From: Minisyncoccia bacterium
Lineage (GTDB): Bacteria; Patescibacteriota; Minisyncoccia; UBA6257; JAAZHW01
Reading direction: 5' to 3'
DNA length: 64,000 nucleotides
Assembly (NCBI GenBank): GCA_049720475.1
Contig: JBNASH010000033.1
Location: 3,784-67,783 of the forward strand
How positions within the stretch are numbered: position 1 is the stretch's first letter; each line of letters begins with the position of its first letter. Below are positions 9,177 through 18,773 of this stretch, in pieces. The notes beneath the pieces were generated by a model. The model ran no database searches. It was not told where the DNA came from and worked only from the letters and a program-made list of their open reading frames with translations. Made by a program: the position numbers and the translations under genes.

Positions 9177-10892
9177 CTAAATCGTTTTTTCATCAATTAA
9201 AACTTTGATTCTGTTGGGATTTAAAGGTGTAAACTTTAGGAATTTTGGCCAGATGTCTATTTCTACTTTATTGATAGTTTTATATTGCTTTAAAAATGAT
9301 TCGAGATTATTAACATTTTTTCCTGCCAAATTATTAATGAATTCAGATAAAGAAATTCTGTCACAGAAAACCAAATTAGCAGTAACAGGAAAAGATAAAA
9401 GTTTTTTATCAAAATCAAATCGAGCAGCGCCATAATTGAATTGATAACTAAATAATTCTTTATCCGATAATTGAGAATTGCTTTTTTGGGCTTCATTAAC
9501 AAACAATTTTTTAATATCTTCTTCATTAAATACCAAACTCTTCATCGTAATTTTAGCAGTAGCCTCAAATTGTTCTGCTTTTTCATCTAGTTTTGGATTG
9601 GTTGAAAAACTGACAATTGTAATTTGTTTCGCATCAGGCAAAACAATATCATTAGAAAGCAATTTACTCTTTAACTCTTCTTCCAAAGAAAGAGAAGCAA
9701 TTTCAATTAATTTACTTTTGGCTTGATTAATATCTGATTGACCAACTACTTTTGTTGTTCCTATATAACCACCGGTCATCGGCGAAAGAGATTCAGCATA
9801 AAATTTAGTATAGCGCGGCGTCCCTTCAAAACCAGGAATAGTAAAGGTTGTTGGGCCAATATTATAAGATTCGCCGGCTTGATCAGCGACAACTTCCGCA
9901 TCAATATAAGACGGAACAATTTTTCCATCCTGAATTTTAGCGCCGGGAATTGTTGTTTTGTTTACTAATCTAAAAAGTTTTCCTTCTTTTGATAAAAATC
10001 TTGTTGTTGCCACCAAAACCTGGGGTTCGGAGCTATAAGCATTATAAATTCTTATTGTACCCCTGGCTTTAGCTTGAATAGTTTTTATTTCGGTGGCAGG
10101 AAAGTTTTGAGTAATTGTACGGGAGAATTCAAAAAATTTTACAGGGATTTTAAAATTAGTTTGATCAATCTCGCTAATTCCAGCTGTTGCTAAAACTGGA
10201 ATTTGCTCGGACCAATTATATTTATTAGAAAAAATTCTTACTTCTGCTTTGGCAATAAAATAAATAAGGAAAAAAATGAGGAGAACAAAAACGAAAACGG
10301 AGGCTGACAAAATTTTGATGCCTTTTGTAATTTTAATTTTTGGCTTGAAAGATTTTTCTCTTTTTATTTCTGCTTCATCCAATTCAACGCCGCTGAAATC
10401 TGCTTCGTCAAAATAATCTGTAAAAAATTTTTTCTCAGTATTAATTTTACTCTCCTCACCTTTACCTTTTTTAACCTCAACTTTTTTGGGTTTTTCTGTT
10501 TCTATTTTTTGAATAATTTCTTTAATCTCTGGCAATTCTTCTTCTGATCTCACATCGATTTTCTTTTCAGTTTTTTTTCTTTTTGGTGGCTTAATATCAC
10601 CTAGAAAATTTTTTGTTTTTGGCTTAGGCCTGCTTATTTCTGCCATTTCAATTAATTTCATTCCTGCTTCTTTGGCCATAGCCACAATCTCCTCAACATC
10701 GCTACTAACAAAAAGTTTTTTATCAGCAGCAGCCGCTTCTCTTTTGATCAATTTGAAATTTAACAAAGAATCGGCGATTTTTGCGTTTTGCGGAATAATT
10801 AAAACAACGGTGTCGTTTTTAGAATTAATAATTTTTTCAACGACCTCAGAAACCGATTCAGTTATATCAACATAAATATTTTCTGCTTTCAT
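9177..10892 (-). CDS. Hypothetical membrane-anchored protein (571 aa)
   Basis: N-terminal cytoplasmic domain, Lys/Glu-rich linker, one TM helix (ILSASVFVFVLLIFFLIYFIA) and a large beta-rich extracytoplasmic part. I recognised no family. Confidence 0.5.
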   Translation of the reverse strand: MKAENIYVDITESVSEVVEKIINSKNDTVVLIIPQNAKIADSLLNFKLIKREAAAADKKLFVSSDVEEIVAMAKEAGMKLIEMAEISRPKPKTKNFLGDIKPPKRKKTEKKIDVRSEEELPEIKEIIQKIETEKPKKVEVKKGKGEESKINTEKKFFTDYFDEADFSGVELDEAEIKREKSFKPKIKITKGIKILSASVFVFVLLIFFLIYFIAKAEVRIFSNKYNWSEQIPVLATAGISEIDQTNFKIPVKFFEFSRTITQNFPATEIKTIQAKARGTIRIYNAYSSEPQVLVATTRFLSKEGKLFRLVNKTTIPGAKIQDGKIVPSYIDAEVVADQAGESYNIGPTTFTIPGFEGTPRYTKFYAESLSPMTGGYIGTTKVVGQSDINQAKSKLIEIASLSLEEELKSKLLSNDIVLPDAKQITIVSFSTNPKLDEKAEQFEATAKITMKSLVFNEEDIKKLFVNEAQKSNSQLSDKELFSYQFNYGAARFDFDKKLLSFPVTANLVFCDRISLSEFINNLAGKNVNNLESFLKQYKTINKVEIDIWPKFLKFTPLNPNRIKVLIDEKTI

Positions 10893-12157
10893 TTTTTATA
10901 ATTTTTTAATAAATTTTGATTTAACCATTTAATTCGACGTTTTAAAATTTTGTTCATTTCCTCATATTTAGGCTCTGACACAAAAGGATAAACTAAATTA
11001 GGTATAAGGTTAAAAGAGATATTTGCGGCTCTATTATCCTCTACTTCAATTTCCAAATCAGAAAGAAATCTTTCATTATCATAATAAATTATATTAACCG
11101 GCGTTTTAAAAATACTCACAGGCCAATGGTTTTTTTCAAAACTCTCTATTAAACCAGGAAAGTTTTTCAAAAGACCTATTAAATAAAAACCTTCGATTTT
11201 TTCTTTTGGCGATATTTCTTTAGCCGTTAAGTTCACGCCATCCAATAAAATTTTCAATTCCTTATCAAATAATTTTTTTAACCAATTACTTGCATTCTCG
11301 CTTAAATCACCATTCTCATATTTGTTTTTTATTTCTGTGGCGGTTGTCAAAGAAACAGAAAGGTTTTGAGAAATAGCGAGCAATAAATTCTTTTCTCCCC
11401 AATCAAAATATTTGGCTGTGTTTAAATAATCTGTTATCAATCCGGCGCTCGTAATCGTATAACCAATTTCGACAAGAATATTTTTCTCTATATTATTTAT
11501 TAAAGAAAAAGTTTTATCAAAAATCAAATTTTTTTCTCCGATAAAAAGCAGTTCGCCACCCCATTGCTCTAAAACATTCTTTACTGCTTCCCAAAAAAGG
11601 CAGTGCATGTAAACATTCTCAACACAAAAAGAAAATGTTTTGCCGGTAAAACCAAGAGGATTTAAAACTCTTTTATCATCAATGCGAGGATCGCTTAATT
11701 TTGAATGTGCCAAAACCACATCCCATTCAGAAATTTTCATTTTTTGTCCAACAAAAATACGCTCTTTATCATACAAACGCCAAATCAGATTTAAAATGAC
11801 ATTTTCCAATTCTTCGTGATCAATTGCGGTTAAAGGATTGTCCCTAACAACAGAAAGGCGCGTTTTCGTTGATTTAATAAACGGTTGTTCAAAACTGATA
11901 ATCGCTGGTGTTTTTTTGGAAATTTTTTTAATCTCTTTAGTTAAAATTTTCACCAAATCCTCTTCTCCAAATCCCTCATCATTATCACAAAAATAATTTT
12001 TGATTTTTTTAATTTTTATTTTCTTTTTTTCAAAATCTACCAACGCCAAAGCCGCAGCTATTTCTCTCATTCCTCCAAAAAAGCAAAAAACAGGTTTCCA
12101 ATTTTTATGAAATATTTTGAACATCGTAAATTTTCCTCTCTTTATAATTATAATCAA
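10889..12157 (-). CDS. Hypothetical protein (422 aa; alternative start at 12124)
   Basis: Long ORF whose stop overlaps the downstream start by 4 nt (ATGA). No motif recognised. Confidence 0.5.
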   Translation of the reverse strand: MIIIIKRGKFTMFKIFHKNWKPVFCFFGGMREIAAALALVDFEKKKIKIKKIKNYFCDNDEGFGEEDLVKILTKEIKKISKKTPAIISFEQPFIKSTKTRLSVVRDNPLTAIDHEELENVILNLIWRLYDKERIFVGQKMKISEWDVVLAHSKLSDPRIDDKRVLNPLGFTGKTFSFCVENVYMHCLFWEAVKNVLEQWGGELLFIGEKNLIFDKTFSLINNIEKNILVEIGYTITSAGLITDYLNTAKYFDWGEKNLLLAISQNLSVSLTTATEIKNKYENGDLSENASNWLKKLFDKELKILLDGVNLTAKEISPKEKIEGFYLIGLLKNFPGLIESFEKNHWPVSIFKTPVNIIYYDNERFLSDLEIEVEDNRAANISFNLIPNLVYPFVSEPKYEEMNKILKRRIKWLNQNLLKNYKK

Positions 12158-12165
12158 TAAAGCCG

Positions 12166-13947
12166 CTATTCCAAAATCGCTTTAATCCGTCTGACGCCGC
12201 TTGAAACCGCTTCTTCTTTAATTATTTTAAAATGTCCTAGAATACCTGTATTTTGCACGTGGGGTCCACCACAAATTTCTTTTGAATAAGCTTTTGCTGG
12301 ATCACCAATAAAATAAACTTTGACTCGTTCGCCATATTTATCTTCAAAAAGTCCAACAGCACCAATTTCTTTCGCTCTACTTAAACTCATTTCTTCCATA
12401 TAAACCGGCAGGTTCTCTTGTATTTTCTGATTAACTATTTCTTCAACTTTCTTTAATTGCTCTGGGGTAGGCTTTCCCGAATAAGAATAATCAAAACGCA
12501 ACCGCTCTTCATTGATATGACTACCTCTTTGTTTAACTTCCTCACCTAAAACTTCTCTTAAAGCTTTATGCAATAAATGAGTGGCTGTGTGATACTTGAT
12601 AGCTTTTTCAGAATGTTCCGCTAATCCTCCTTTAAACATCCCAGCCGATGCCGTACGTGATAATTCTTGATGTTTTTTAAATTCCTGATTAAAACCATCC
12701 TCGTCAATTTTTACCCCTTTTTCCTTGGCTATCTCTTTAATTAATTCCAAAGGAAAACCATAACTTTGATACAAACCAAAAGCATCCGCGCCACTAATCT
12801 CATTTTTGTTTTGAATAATTTTTTCTAATATATTAAGACCTCTTTCCAGTGTTTTGGTAAATTTTTCTTCTTCGCGAACTAATTGTTCTTCGATAAAATC
12901 CTTATTTTCCTTGATCTCTGAGTAAAAATCGCCATAAATTTCTAAAACAGGGGCAAGTAGTTGAAAAGAAAAAGTTTTTTGAACGCCTAACAATCGCCCA
13001 AACCGAACCGCTCGACGAATTAACCTTCTTAAAATATATCCCCTTTCCACATTCGATGGTTCTAACTTTTCAGCCAGCAAAAAAATAGCTGCTTTTAAAT
13101 GATCGGCAATAATTCTAAATTCTCTTGCATATTCACTATATTTTTTGCCAGTAATTTCCTCGATTTTTTTAATCAATGGTTCAAAAAGCTCGGTTTCAAA
13201 AACTGTTGGCAAACCATTAATGGCAGCAAGCGTTCTTTCTAACCCCATTCCCGTATCAACATTTTTTTGTTTCAAAACTTCATAAGTACCATCGGCTTTG
13301 CGATTATAAGTCATAAAAACATTATTCCAAATTTCTACCCAGTTAGGATTTTTTGGGTCAAAATTTTTTGGCGCTGGCTCATTAGAAATCCAATAAAAAA
13401 TTTCTGAATCAGGACCACAGGGTCCGGTTTCACCAATCGGCCCCCACCAATTATCTTTTTTGCCCAAAAAAGCAATCCGCTCCGCCGGAATACCTGAGCG
13501 GCGCCAGATTTGATAAGATTCCTCATCTTTCGGCGCATCTTCATCGCCACCAAAACAAGTCACCGCCAACCGATTTTTATCTAATGCCAGCCATTGGGGC
13601 GAAGTTAAAAATTCCAGACTCCAACTAAGCGATTCTTCTTTAAAATAATCACCCAAAGACCAATTGCCTAACATTTCAAAAAAAGTTAAATGTGAAGCAT
13701 CGCCCACTTCTTCAATATCATCAGTTCTCAAACATTTTTGAACATCACACAATCGCTTGCCCGCTGGATGCTTTTCACCAAGCAAAAAAGGAATTAAAGG
13801 ATGCATCCCGGCCGTCGTAAAAAGAACACTTGGATCGTTTTCTGGAATTAAAGGAGCCGAGGGTAATCTTTTGTGTCCTCTTTCTTCAAAAAATTTTAAA
13901 AATTTTTCTCGCAATTCATTTCCTCTCATAATTTTTATTCTAATCAT
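12166..13947 (-). CDS. alaS: Alanyl-tRNA synthetase, short form (likely start at 13929, MRGNELREKF)
   Basis: FLKFFEERGHKRLPSAPLIP...DPSVLFTTAGM, WNNVFM, HTATHLLHKALREVLG and CGGPHV motifs. The ORF ends soon after the editing-site motifs. Confidence 0.9.
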   Translation of the reverse strand: MIRIKIMRGNELREKFLKFFEERGHKRLPSAPLIPENDPSVLFTTAGMHPLIPFLLGEKHPAGKRLCDVQKCLRTDDIEEVGDASHLTFFEMLGNWSLGDYFKEESLSWSLEFLTSPQWLALDKNRLAVTCFGGDEDAPKDEESYQIWRRSGIPAERIAFLGKKDNWWGPIGETGPCGPDSEIFYWISNEPAPKNFDPKNPNWVEIWNNVFMTYNRKADGTYEVLKQKNVDTGMGLERTLAAINGLPTVFETELFEPLIKKIEEITGKKYSEYAREFRIIADHLKAAIFLLAEKLEPSNVERGYILRRLIRRAVRFGRLLGVQKTFSFQLLAPVLEIYGDFYSEIKENKDFIEEQLVREEEKFTKTLERGLNILEKIIQNKNEISGADAFGLYQSYGFPLELIKEIAKEKGVKIDEDGFNQEFKKHQELSRTASAGMFKGGLAEHSEKAIKYHTATHLLHKALREVLGEEVKQRGSHINEERLRFDYSYSGKPTPEQLKKVEEIVNQKIQENLPVYMEEMSLSRAKEIGAVGLFEDKYGERVKVYFIGDPAKAYSKEICGGPHVQNTGILGHFKIIKEEAVSSGVRRIKAILE

Positions 13948-13954
13948 TTTTTTA

Positions 13955-13984
13955 AAAAAGAAAAATCCGCCCTACTGGCGGATT
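13955..13984 (-). terminator. Intrinsic terminator of cassette A (stop codon in the loop)
   Basis: Minus strand AATCCGCC-AGTAG-GGCGGATT followed by TTTTCTTTTTT. The TAG stop of 13972..14352 lies in the loop. Confidence 0.7.
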
Positions 13985-14352
13985 GACTTTCTTAGAATTT
14001 CTACTCTTAAAAAGAAATTTCCTTCTTTTCTTTCAGCGATTTCTTCAATTTTTTCTTTTCCGACCGCCTTTTCTAACTCACCTACTTTAACCTCCACAAT
14101 TTGCAAAAATTTCTTTAAGGGCAACAGTTTGAAAACATTTACAGCTTCAACTTTCAATAATACTGGTTTAACTAATCTAACAATTCTGTTTTCTCTTTCT
14201 AAAATTATTTCTCTTCTTCCTCTCTTCTCCATTAATTTAATTAAACTTCTTTCGATTTTCTCTTCTTCTTTTTCTATGTGAGCCTTTTTTCTCCGCAGCT
14301 CCACTAGCTGCCTCCCTAATTTTTCCAACCGATGGTTTCTATTTTTTCTCAT
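13972..14352 (-). CDS. Hypothetical coiled-coil protein (126 aa), cassette A gene 2
   Basis: ATG at 14352 is preceded by GAAAGGAGGCAAA. N-terminal Arg/Lys/Glu coiled coil, then a beta-rich part. Any resemblance to phage Gam-like proteins is weak and unverified. Confidence 0.5.
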   Translation of the reverse strand: MRKNRNHRLEKLGRQLVELRRKKAHIEKEEEKIERSLIKLMEKRGRREIILERENRIVRLVKPVLLKVEAVNVFKLLPLKKFLQIVEVKVGELEKAVGKEKIEEIAERKEGNFFLRVEILRKSIRQ

Positions 14353-14611
14353 TTTGCCTCCTTTCAATCTTTTCAATAAAATCTCTTAAAACAAAAAATC
14401 GGCGTTTTTTTAGTTCATCCTGCCTCTGCTTCAAATTAGCAATTTTTTCATTGATTTCGTATAAATCCTGCATCCATCGCAACCGACTCAACTCTGCCCC
14501 CCAAAATTCCTGTTTGCTCAATAAACTTCTTTGTAGTTCCAATCTTTGCACCTCAGTTTCCAAAAAAGCAATCTCTCTACTGAGTAACAAAATAATTTCT
14601 CTTTCACTCAT
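14339..14611 (-). CDS. Hypothetical coiled-coil protein (90 aa), cassette A gene 1
   Basis: ATG at 14611 is preceded by TTAAAAATTTAATAAAGGAGGTTTTATAAA. Heptad-like sequence LETEVQRLELQRSLL...ANLKQRQDELKK. Confidence 0.55.
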   Translation of the reverse strand: MSEREIILLLSREIAFLETEVQRLELQRSLLSKQEFWGAELSRLRWMQDLYEINEKIANLKQRQDELKKRRFFVLRDFIEKIERRQNEKK

Positions 14612-14656
14612 TTTATAAAACCTCCTTTATTAAATTTTTAATTTTTGCTAACTTTA

Positions 14657-14684
14657 ATATTACAATTTTTTATTTATTTGTCAA
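14657..14684 (-). promoter_or_regulatory. Consensus promoter TTGACA-16-(TG)TAATAT of cassette A
   Basis: Minus-strand TTGACA 14684..14679 and TGTAATAT 14664..14657, about 45 nt upstream of the ATG at 14611. Confidence 0.6.
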
Positions 14685-14715
14685 CGATTACTTCCTATCT
14701 TGCTTTTAATAATTT

Positions 14716-16023
14716 TTACCAATTGAAAATCAATTTAATGGTTCTCATTATAATTGCCAAATCAAACCAAAAAGATTGATTGCGAATATAATACAAATCA
14801 TATTCAAATTTTTTTAATTCATCTTCCAAACAAGCGGCATAACGATAATTTAATTGCGCCCAACCAGCCAAACCAGGCTTGATTAAATTTCTCAAATAAT
14901 AAATTGGCTTTTCTTTCACGCATAAATCAAAAAGTTCTTTTTCAATCGGCCGCGGCCCAACAAAAGACATTTCTCCTTTCAAAATATTAACTAACTGCGG
15001 TAATTCATCTAAATGCGTCTTTCTCAAAAATTTTCCCACCCTCGTAATTCTTTCATCATTCTCTTTTGACCATCGCGATGAATTAGAAACATTTTGATAC
15101 ATTGAACGAAACTTATAAATTTTAAACAACTTGCCATTTTGGCCAACACGCCAAGAAGAATAAAAAATTGGCCCCGCAGAATCAATTTTTATTGCCAAAA
15201 TAATCAAAGGCCAAAACGGCAAACTCACAACTAAAAAAATCAACGCCAAAATAAAATCGCAAACATCTTTAATAAAAAGATTAATTTTTTGATGATAGAG
15301 ATTAAAGTAATCCAAAAACCAATTTTCATCAACAAAATTTAATGGCACGCACTTAAAAATCAACGAATAAAAATCAGCCGTATCATAAATCTCAACTTTT
15401 TTAAACATCATCTTTAAAAGCACGTCCTTTAATTCTTTCTGAGAAGATAAATTATCAACCACAATCACTTTAATGCCATCTTTTTCAAACATTCTTTCCA
15501 CATCTTCCTTTTTTATGCCATCAATTTTTTCAATATGTGTTATAAGTTTATAACCCAATTGAGGTGATTCTTCTAAGTGTTTTTTGATTTCCTTTATTTC
15601 TTCGCTTTCGCCGATTAATAAAGTTTTATAAACCAGATGTCGAGAGAAAACCGAATAAAAAACTAGCCGCCAAACCAAAACAAAAACAGAAGAAAAAACA
15701 ATAATCAAGATTAAATTGGTTTTTGGCGTAATGATGGGGTAAAGATAAAAAATGATAATGGCTAAAACAACATTAATGATCTGTAATTTTGTTAAAGAAG
15801 ATATTATTTTTTTTCTTTCCCTAAAATTTATTAACTCATAAAAATGTCCTATGTAAAAAATAAAAATCCAAACTAAAAAAATTATGGAAAAAAGCTTCAA
15901 GTGAATAATTAAATAATCAGCGCTTAAATTTCTAATAATCGCCATTAAATAAAGTGAAAAATAAAAACAGATGATGTCGCCTATCACCAAAATAATTTTT
16001 CTAATTTTTTCCGCGAAAGACAT
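14716..16023 (-). CDS. Polyprenyl-phosphate sugar phosphotransferase (WbaP/EpsL-type bacterial sugar transferase)
   Basis: N-terminal TM bundle plus a C-terminal domain with GPIFYSSWRVGQNGKLFKIYKFRSM...DELPQLVNILKGEMSFVGPRP. Confidence 0.85.
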   Translation of the reverse strand: MSFAEKIRKIILVIGDIICFYFSLYLMAIIRNLSADYLIIHLKLFSIIFLVWIFIFYIGHFYELINFRERKKIISSLTKLQIINVVLAIIIFYLYPIITPKTNLILIIVFSSVFVLVWRLVFYSVFSRHLVYKTLLIGESEEIKEIKKHLEESPQLGYKLITHIEKIDGIKKEDVERMFEKDGIKVIVVDNLSSQKELKDVLLKMMFKKVEIYDTADFYSLIFKCVPLNFVDENWFLDYFNLYHQKINLFIKDVCDFILALIFLVVSLPFWPLIILAIKIDSAGPIFYSSWRVGQNGKLFKIYKFRSMYQNVSNSSRWSKENDERITRVGKFLRKTHLDELPQLVNILKGEMSFVGPRPIEKELFDLCVKEKPIYYLRNLIKPGLAGWAQLNYRYAACLEDELKKFEYDLYYIRNQSFWFDLAIIMRTIKLIFNW

Positions 16024-16034
16024 ATTCGTCTTTA

Positions 16035-16940
16035 TTATCGCCTATTTTTTCTCTTTTGCAAAAACAAATACCAATCGTAAAGCAACGGACTAGCAATAAA
16101 AATAGACGAATAAGTGCCAAAGAAAGTGCCAATTAAAAGAACGAGGGTAAAATAAAAAAGATTGCTGAGACCAAAAATTAAAAGCGCTATAAGAACCAAG
16201 ATTAAAGTTGCAGAGGTTAAAATGGAACGGCGCATTGTTTCATTTATACTTTCGTTAATGACTTGCCCAAAATCTAAACCAGGATGAGTTCTTAATTTTT
16301 CACGAATCCGATCAAAAACAACAATGGTATCATGAACCGAAAAACCCAAAACAACAAGCAAAGCAACAATAAAATTCGAATCTATTTCCACTCCCTTTAA
16401 AAAACCTAAAAGAGCAAATAATCCAGCCGGAATACTAATATCATGAATTAAAGCTAAAATAGCAGTCACCCCATATCGCCATGAAGCCATTGGCCTTGAA
16501 ACCTGACGAAAAGCCCAAGCAAGATAAAGAATGATCAAGATGATGACTAAAATAATAGCGGTGATTGATTTATTTCTTAATTCCTTTCCAATGGTTGGAC
16601 CAAAAGAATCAAATCTCATTTCTTCAATTTTGGGATAGTGCTGTTTGATTTGAGAAAGAATTAATTGATGATTTTCTTCAGAAACATCATTTGAACGAAT
16701 TGTTAGTCCGTCATTTCCATTTGGAGAAATAGAAACAAATTGATAACCATATTGCTTATAAATATCTTCGATTACTTTATATTCTATTTGGGTGTTGTTC
16801 AATTTTAATTCTAAAAGTGAACCGCCCACAAAATCCATACCGGGCTTTAAACCAAAAACAATCAAAAATACCCAAGACGCTAATACTAAAATAGCAGATA
16901 TTCCATAAGCAATTTTTCTTTTTTGAACAAAATTAATCAT
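16035..16940 (-). CDS. secF: Protein translocase subunit SecF
   Basis: MDFVGGSLLEL..., FGPTIGKELR, and a C-terminal 6-TM domain with HDTIVVFDRIRE. Confidence 0.9.
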   Translation of the reverse strand: MINFVQKRKIAYGISAILVLASWVFLIVFGLKPGMDFVGGSLLELKLNNTQIEYKVIEDIYKQYGYQFVSISPNGNDGLTIRSNDVSEENHQLILSQIKQHYPKIEEMRFDSFGPTIGKELRNKSITAIILVIILIILYLAWAFRQVSRPMASWRYGVTAILALIHDISIPAGLFALLGFLKGVEIDSNFIVALLVVLGFSVHDTIVVFDRIREKLRTHPGLDFGQVINESINETMRRSILTSATLILVLIALLIFGLSNLFYFTLVLLIGTFFGTYSSIFIASPLLYDWYLFLQKRKNRR

Positions 16941-16945
16941 AATTT

Positions 16946-18241
16946 TTATTTAATAAAAACTCTCAAAAAAGACCGCGTTAAAACCACAGCTGAAAACATA
17001 CTCACCAAAACACCTATCAACAAAGTTAAAGCAAATCCTTTAATCATTGAACTGGTAAAATTATAAAGCACTAAACAAGTAATAATAGAAGATATATTGG
17101 AATCACGAATTGAAGGCCAAGCGCGACGAAAACCTTCTATTAAAGCGCGCTTTTTCTCCAAACCGCGTTTTATTTCTTCTTTATATCTTTCAAAAATTAA
17201 AATATTAGCATCAACCGCCATTCCAACCGACAAAATAAAACCAGCAATGCCGGATAATGTTAAAGTAACGGGTATTATTTTAAAGATAGAGAGATTAATA
17301 ATTGTATAGATAATTAAAGCCAAAGAGGCAACAAAACCAAGAAAGCCATACATTAAAATCATAAAAGCAATCACAACCAGCAAACCAATCAAGCCGGCTT
17401 TAATGCTAAGTTTTAAAAAGAATTCTCCTTGGAGAGCGCCCACTGATTGTTGAGAAATGAGTTTAATCGGTACTGGCAAAGCGCCAGCGTTTAAATTTTC
17501 AACCAGTTTTTTCGCCTCCTCAGCCGTGAATTTACCGGTAATCTGAGCCTGACCAGAACTAATTTCTTCCTGAACTACCGGCAAAGAAATTGGTTGACCA
17601 TCTAAATAAATCGCTAAAATTTTTCCTACATTCTTTTTGGTTAATTCGGCAAAAATTTTTGCGCCTTCATCATTAAATTCTAAACTCACCATTGGTTCAT
17701 AAGTGCGTGGATTGAAATCTAAACGAGCTGCCTTTAAATATTTACCCGTCAATAAAGGTTGCGATGGCACAAAATAAGGATCAACAAAAGCGTAATCAGG
17801 ATTTTTATTTTTTTGTTCCTCTAAAATTTTTTCTGTTTCTTCCTTTGGCCGCTCTTCGCGAAATTCTAAGTAGGGCGTTTCTCCGATCATTTGAATAGCC
17901 GAGGCAATATCTTTAACGCCGGCTAACTCAACATTTAAACGATAATCATTACCCACTTTGACCACTTCCACTCGCGGTTCACTCACTCCAAATAAATTAA
18001 CCCTTCGCTCAATAACATCGCGCAAACCATTCATTGCCGAATCACGATCTTTCGCTTCAACCTGCGATAAATCAGCCTCATAAATTAAACGCGTGCCCCC
18101 GCTTAAATCCAAACCTAAACGATACGGTTTTTTAAACCAATTGGGTAAAAAATTAAATTGGCCATAAGCAAATAGGCCACCAATAATTGCTAAAATTAAA
18201 ATGATAATAACAAAAATTAAATTCTTCGAATGTTCATTCAT
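16946..18241 (-). CDS. secD: Protein translocase subunit SecD
   Basis: LGLDLSGGTRLIYEAD, LEFREE, SIKAGLIGLLVVIAFMILMY and GMAVDANILIFERYKEE. Confidence 0.9.
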   Translation of the reverse strand: MNEHSKNLIFVIIILILAIIGGLFAYGQFNFLPNWFKKPYRLGLDLSGGTRLIYEADLSQVEAKDRDSAMNGLRDVIERRVNLFGVSEPRVEVVKVGNDYRLNVELAGVKDIASAIQMIGETPYLEFREERPKEETEKILEEQKNKNPDYAFVDPYFVPSQPLLTGKYLKAARLDFNPRTYEPMVSLEFNDEGAKIFAELTKKNVGKILAIYLDGQPISLPVVQEEISSGQAQITGKFTAEEAKKLVENLNAGALPVPIKLISQQSVGALQGEFFLKLSIKAGLIGLLVVIAFMILMYGFLGFVASLALIIYTIINLSIFKIIPVTLTLSGIAGFILSVGMAVDANILIFERYKEEIKRGLEKKRALIEGFRRAWPSIRDSNISSIITCLVLYNFTSSMIKGFALTLLIGVLVSMFSAVVLTRSFLRVFIK

Positions 18242-18302
18242 GGCAAATTAGTTTTATTCTAATCTAAAATAAATTATTTTCAAGCAATTTTTGTTTTTAT
18301 TG

Positions 18303-18375
18303 TCCCCCCGGCAGGACTCGAACCTGCAACTTTCTGCTTAAAAGGCAGCTACTCTACCAATTGAGTTACGGGGGG
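18303..18375 (-). tRNA. tRNA-Lys (anticodon UUU), CCA not encoded
   Basis: Hand-folded cloverleaf: CCCCCCG/CGGGGGG acceptor, anticodon loop CTTTTAA, T-arm GCAGG-TTCGAGT-CCTGC. Confidence 0.9.
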
Positions 18376-18410
18376 ATAAAAAGAACTTATTTAAAAATAA
18401 TAACTTTTTT

Positions 18411-18767
18411 TTAGAAAATTTCAAGAATTTTTGGTAGGAAAACAAGAAAACCGACAATTAAGGCAGTTAAAGAAGCAACTAGCACAGCGGCCGCCACTAA
18501 ATCTTTTGCTACTTTCACAATCGGATTAATTTCCGGCCGCAAATAATCAAAACTTCTTTCCCAAGCAGTATTAATAATTTCCAAAGTCAAAACCAAACCC
18601 ATACTTAAAACAATCATCACCCATTCCAACAAAGAAATTTTAAACAAAATTCCAAGAATACAAACCAAAATAACAATAAAAAGCATCACACGGAAAGAAT
18701 GTCCCTTTATCGCCTCCTTCAAACCATCAAATGCAAAAGAAAAACTTTTTATCAATTTTTGAAACAT
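18411..18767 (-). CDS. dgkA: Diacylglycerol/undecaprenol kinase (DgkA family)
   Basis: 118-aa 3-TM protein with FSFAFDGLKEAIK...EIINTAWERSFD. Confidence 0.8.
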   Translation of the reverse strand: MFQKLIKSFSFAFDGLKEAIKGHSFRVMLFIVILVCILGILFKISLLEWVMIVLSMGLVLTLEIINTAWERSFDYLRPEINPIVKVAKDLVAAAVLVASLTALIVGFLVFLPKILEIF

Positions 18768-18773
18768 AATTTT

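Noticed and set aside
13757-14281. 174-aa plus-strand ORF spanning the alaS start and cassette A
   Set aside because: It is antisense to two well-supported genes and crosses a terminator. The product is Ser/Phe/Ile-rich low complexity.
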